Assembly (NCBI GenBank): GCA_965235115.1
Contig: OZ249443.1
Span: 9,734,001-9,798,000, forward strand
Direction: 5' to 3'
Source of the DNA: Laetmonice hystrix
Lineage: Eukaryota
DNA: 64,000 bases
The position numbers and the translations under genes are program-made. Of this stretch, positions 61,401 through 64,000 are shown piece after piece (the stretch's first letter is position 1; every line of letters begins with the position of its first letter). The notes under the pieces are model-generated. The model was not told the DNA's origin. It did not search any database and worked only from the letters and a program-made list of their open reading frames with translations.

Positions 61401-64000
61401 GAAACAGTACAGTGAGGAATCCTTCTACCGGCTGGCCTAGTTTCCATGGAAACAGTACAGTGAGGTAGTAGAAATGACAGGTACAGGTGAGGAGCATCTA
61501 ATGTTAAAATTTGGAGAAGATACGCAAATGGGAAGTATACATGTCACAACCATTATCTCTACGAACGTACGAGACCGATACGTTCGACAGTTATACATCT
61601 GGCCTAAGAATCAGAACTTCAGGGCGGTAGTTTCAATTTGAAGTATCAAAAATGTAGCCATTTTTCGCTTATCATTGCATTAATCTGTCTCTCGCCTAAG
61701 AGCCACAGGCACCTGCCAGCCCGCCAAGTATACGTGGTGATTCCACCGGTAACCGGAAGATGGCAGTGCAGTCGGACCCGCCGCTTCAGGACAGCACCCT
61801 GGCGGTTGCCTGCAACATCTCTGTAATCTTTTCTTGACTAGGGGATGGCATATCTGATATAGGAAAAGCGTACAACGTCATTTGCCATTGTTAATTAAAC
61901 CTTTACGGCAAACAGCCATTGGAACTACCTGACAACGTTGTCGGACGGTTACAGGTGGTCTATAGGGTCACAGATTAGATGGGAGTAAATGATAGACGAA
62001 ACGTATGGCCTACCTCCTGGATAATAAAAGCAACGAAACATGAAACAGGATGCGTCCCTATACTACTAGCTACTGTTGTATACAGGCAAACAGTACAGTG
62101 AGGCCAAAGTGTACAGTGAGGCCAAACGGTATAGTGACTAATCCCTACAAGGTACTAGCTGTCCTAGTACCCAAGCGAACACTACAGTGAGGCCAAACAG
62201 TACATTGAGGCCAAACGGTATACTGTGAGGCCAAGCAGTGTGGGAGGCCAAACAGTACAGTGAGGAATCCCTACATTCTACCGGCTGGCCTAGTACCCAT
62301 GGAAACAGTACAGTGAGGTAGTAGAAATGACACGTACAGGCGAGGAGCATCTAATGTTAAAATTTCGAGAAGATACACAAATGGGAAGTATACATGTCAC
62401 AACCATTTATCTGTAGCGAACGTACGAGACCGATACGTTCGACAGTTATACATCTGGCCTAAGAATGAGAACTTCAGGGCGGTAGTTTCAATTTGAAGTA
62501 TCAAAAATGTAGCCATTTTTCGCTTATCATTGCATTAATCTGTCTCTCGCCTAAGAGTCACAGGTACCTGCCAGCCCGCCAGGTATACGTGGTGATTCCA
62601 CCGGCAGCCGGAAGATGGCAGTACAGTCGGACCCGCCGCTTCAGGACAGCACCCTGGCGGTTGCCTGCAACATCTCTGTAATCTTTTTTTTACTAGGGGA
62701 TGGCATATCTGATATAGGAAAAGCGTACAACGTCATTTGCCATTGTTAATTAAACCTTTACGGCAAACAGCCATTGGAACTACCTGACAACGTTGTCCGA
62801 TGGTTACAGGTGGTCTGTAGGGTCACAGATTAGATGGGAGTAAATGATAGACGAAACGTATGGCCTACCTCCTGGATAATAAAGGCATTGAAACATGAAA
62901 CAGGATGCGTCCCTATACTACTAGCTACTGTTGTATACAGGCAAACAGTACAGTGAGGCCAAAGTGTACAGTGAAGCCAAACGGTATAGTGAGGAATCCC
63001 TACAAGGTACTAGCTGTCCTAGTACCCAAGCGAACACTACAGTGAGGCCAAACAGTACATTGAGGCCAAACGGTATACTGTGAGGCCAAGCAGTGTGGGA
63101 GGCCAAACAGTACAGTGAGGAATCCCTACATTCTACCGGCTGGCCTAGTACCCATGAAAACAGTACAGTGAGGTAGTAGAAATGACACGTACAGGTGAGG
63201 AGCATCTAATGTTAAAATTTCGAGAAGATACACAAATGGGAAGTATACATGTCACAACCATTTATCTGTAGCGAACGTACGAGACCGATACGTTCGACAG
63301 TTATACATCTGGCCTAAGAATCAGAACTTCAGGGCGGTAGTTTCAATTTGAAGTATCAAAAATGTAGCCATTTTTCGCTTATCATTGCATTAATCTGTCT
63401 CTCGCCTAAGAGTCGCAGGCACCTGCCAGCCCGCCAGATATACGTGGTGATTCCACCGGTAGCCGGAAGATGGCAGTACAGTCGGACCCGCCGCTTCAGG
63501 ACAGCACCCTGGCGGTTGCCTGCAACATCTCTGTAATCTTTTTTTTACTAGGGGATGGCATATCTGATATAGGAAAAGCGTACAACGTCATTTGCCATTG
63601 TTAATTAAACCTTTACGGCAAACAGACATTGGGACTACCAGAAAACGTTGTCGGACGGTTACAGGTGGTCTGTAGGGGTCACAGATTAGATGGGAGTAAA
63701 TGGGAGACGAAACGTATGGCCTACCTCCTGGATAATAAAAGCAACGAAACATGAAACATGATGCGTCCCTATACTACTGGCTACTGTTGTATACAGGCAA
63801 ACAGTACAGTGAGGCTAAAGAGTATAGTGAGGCCAAACGGTACAGTGATGAATCCCTACAAGGTACTAGCTGTCCTAGTACCCAGGCGAACACTACAGTG
63901 AGGCCAAACAGTACAGTGAGGCCAAACGGTATACTGTGAGGCTAATCAGTGTGGGAGGCCAAACAGTACAGTGAGGAATACTTACATTCTACCGGCTGGC
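55410..64000. repeat. ~855-bp unit satellite (tandem array), ~10 copies, continuing beyond the window
   Basis: The same landmark recurs at 56041, 56895, 57751 and onward. Each unit has an internal ~18-20-bp subrepeat (ACAGTGAGGCCAAA). The start at ~55410-55490 is degenerate. Confidence 0.97.

Noticed and set aside
56067-63939. Recurrent 62-95 aa ORFs (MKYQKCSHF..., MLLACTCHF...)
   Set aside because: They are copies of satellite sequence, disrupted in several units, with no recognisable domain.
1-64000. tRNA, rRNA or other structured ncRNA genes
   Set aside because: None were recognised by eye; a tRNAscan-SE or Infernal run would be needed to exclude them.

Overview
Gene-poor, repeat-rich animal genomic DNA with spliceosomal GT-AG introns, many MITEs and minisatellites, and two N gaps. 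It is probably a marine invertebrate, but the taxon cannot be determined from this window. Two + strand protein-coding genes can be reconstructed by hand. (1) A tandem-C2 synaptotagmin-family gene: join(1741..1748, 6526..6557, 9582..9778, 42696..43133, 46008..46128, 46435..46790) = 1152 nt / 383 aa, with a ~33-kb intron. In this model it has no transmembrane helix, a Ca2+-competent-looking C2A and a degenerate C2B. (2) The most striking item is an intron-containing gene, join(51376..51378, 51730..52354, 52624..52732, 52936..53072, 53987..54235, 54372..54427 or onward). It fuses a bacterial-type Mrr-like PD-(D/E)xK nuclease domain (DGGRD...VVQAKH) through a coiled coil to an animal Death domain. 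This suggests a prokaryotic defence-type nuclease domesticated into a death-fold signalling protein. A ~855-bp satellite array follows and runs to the window end. All domain calls come from motif recognition by eye; no database searches were run.
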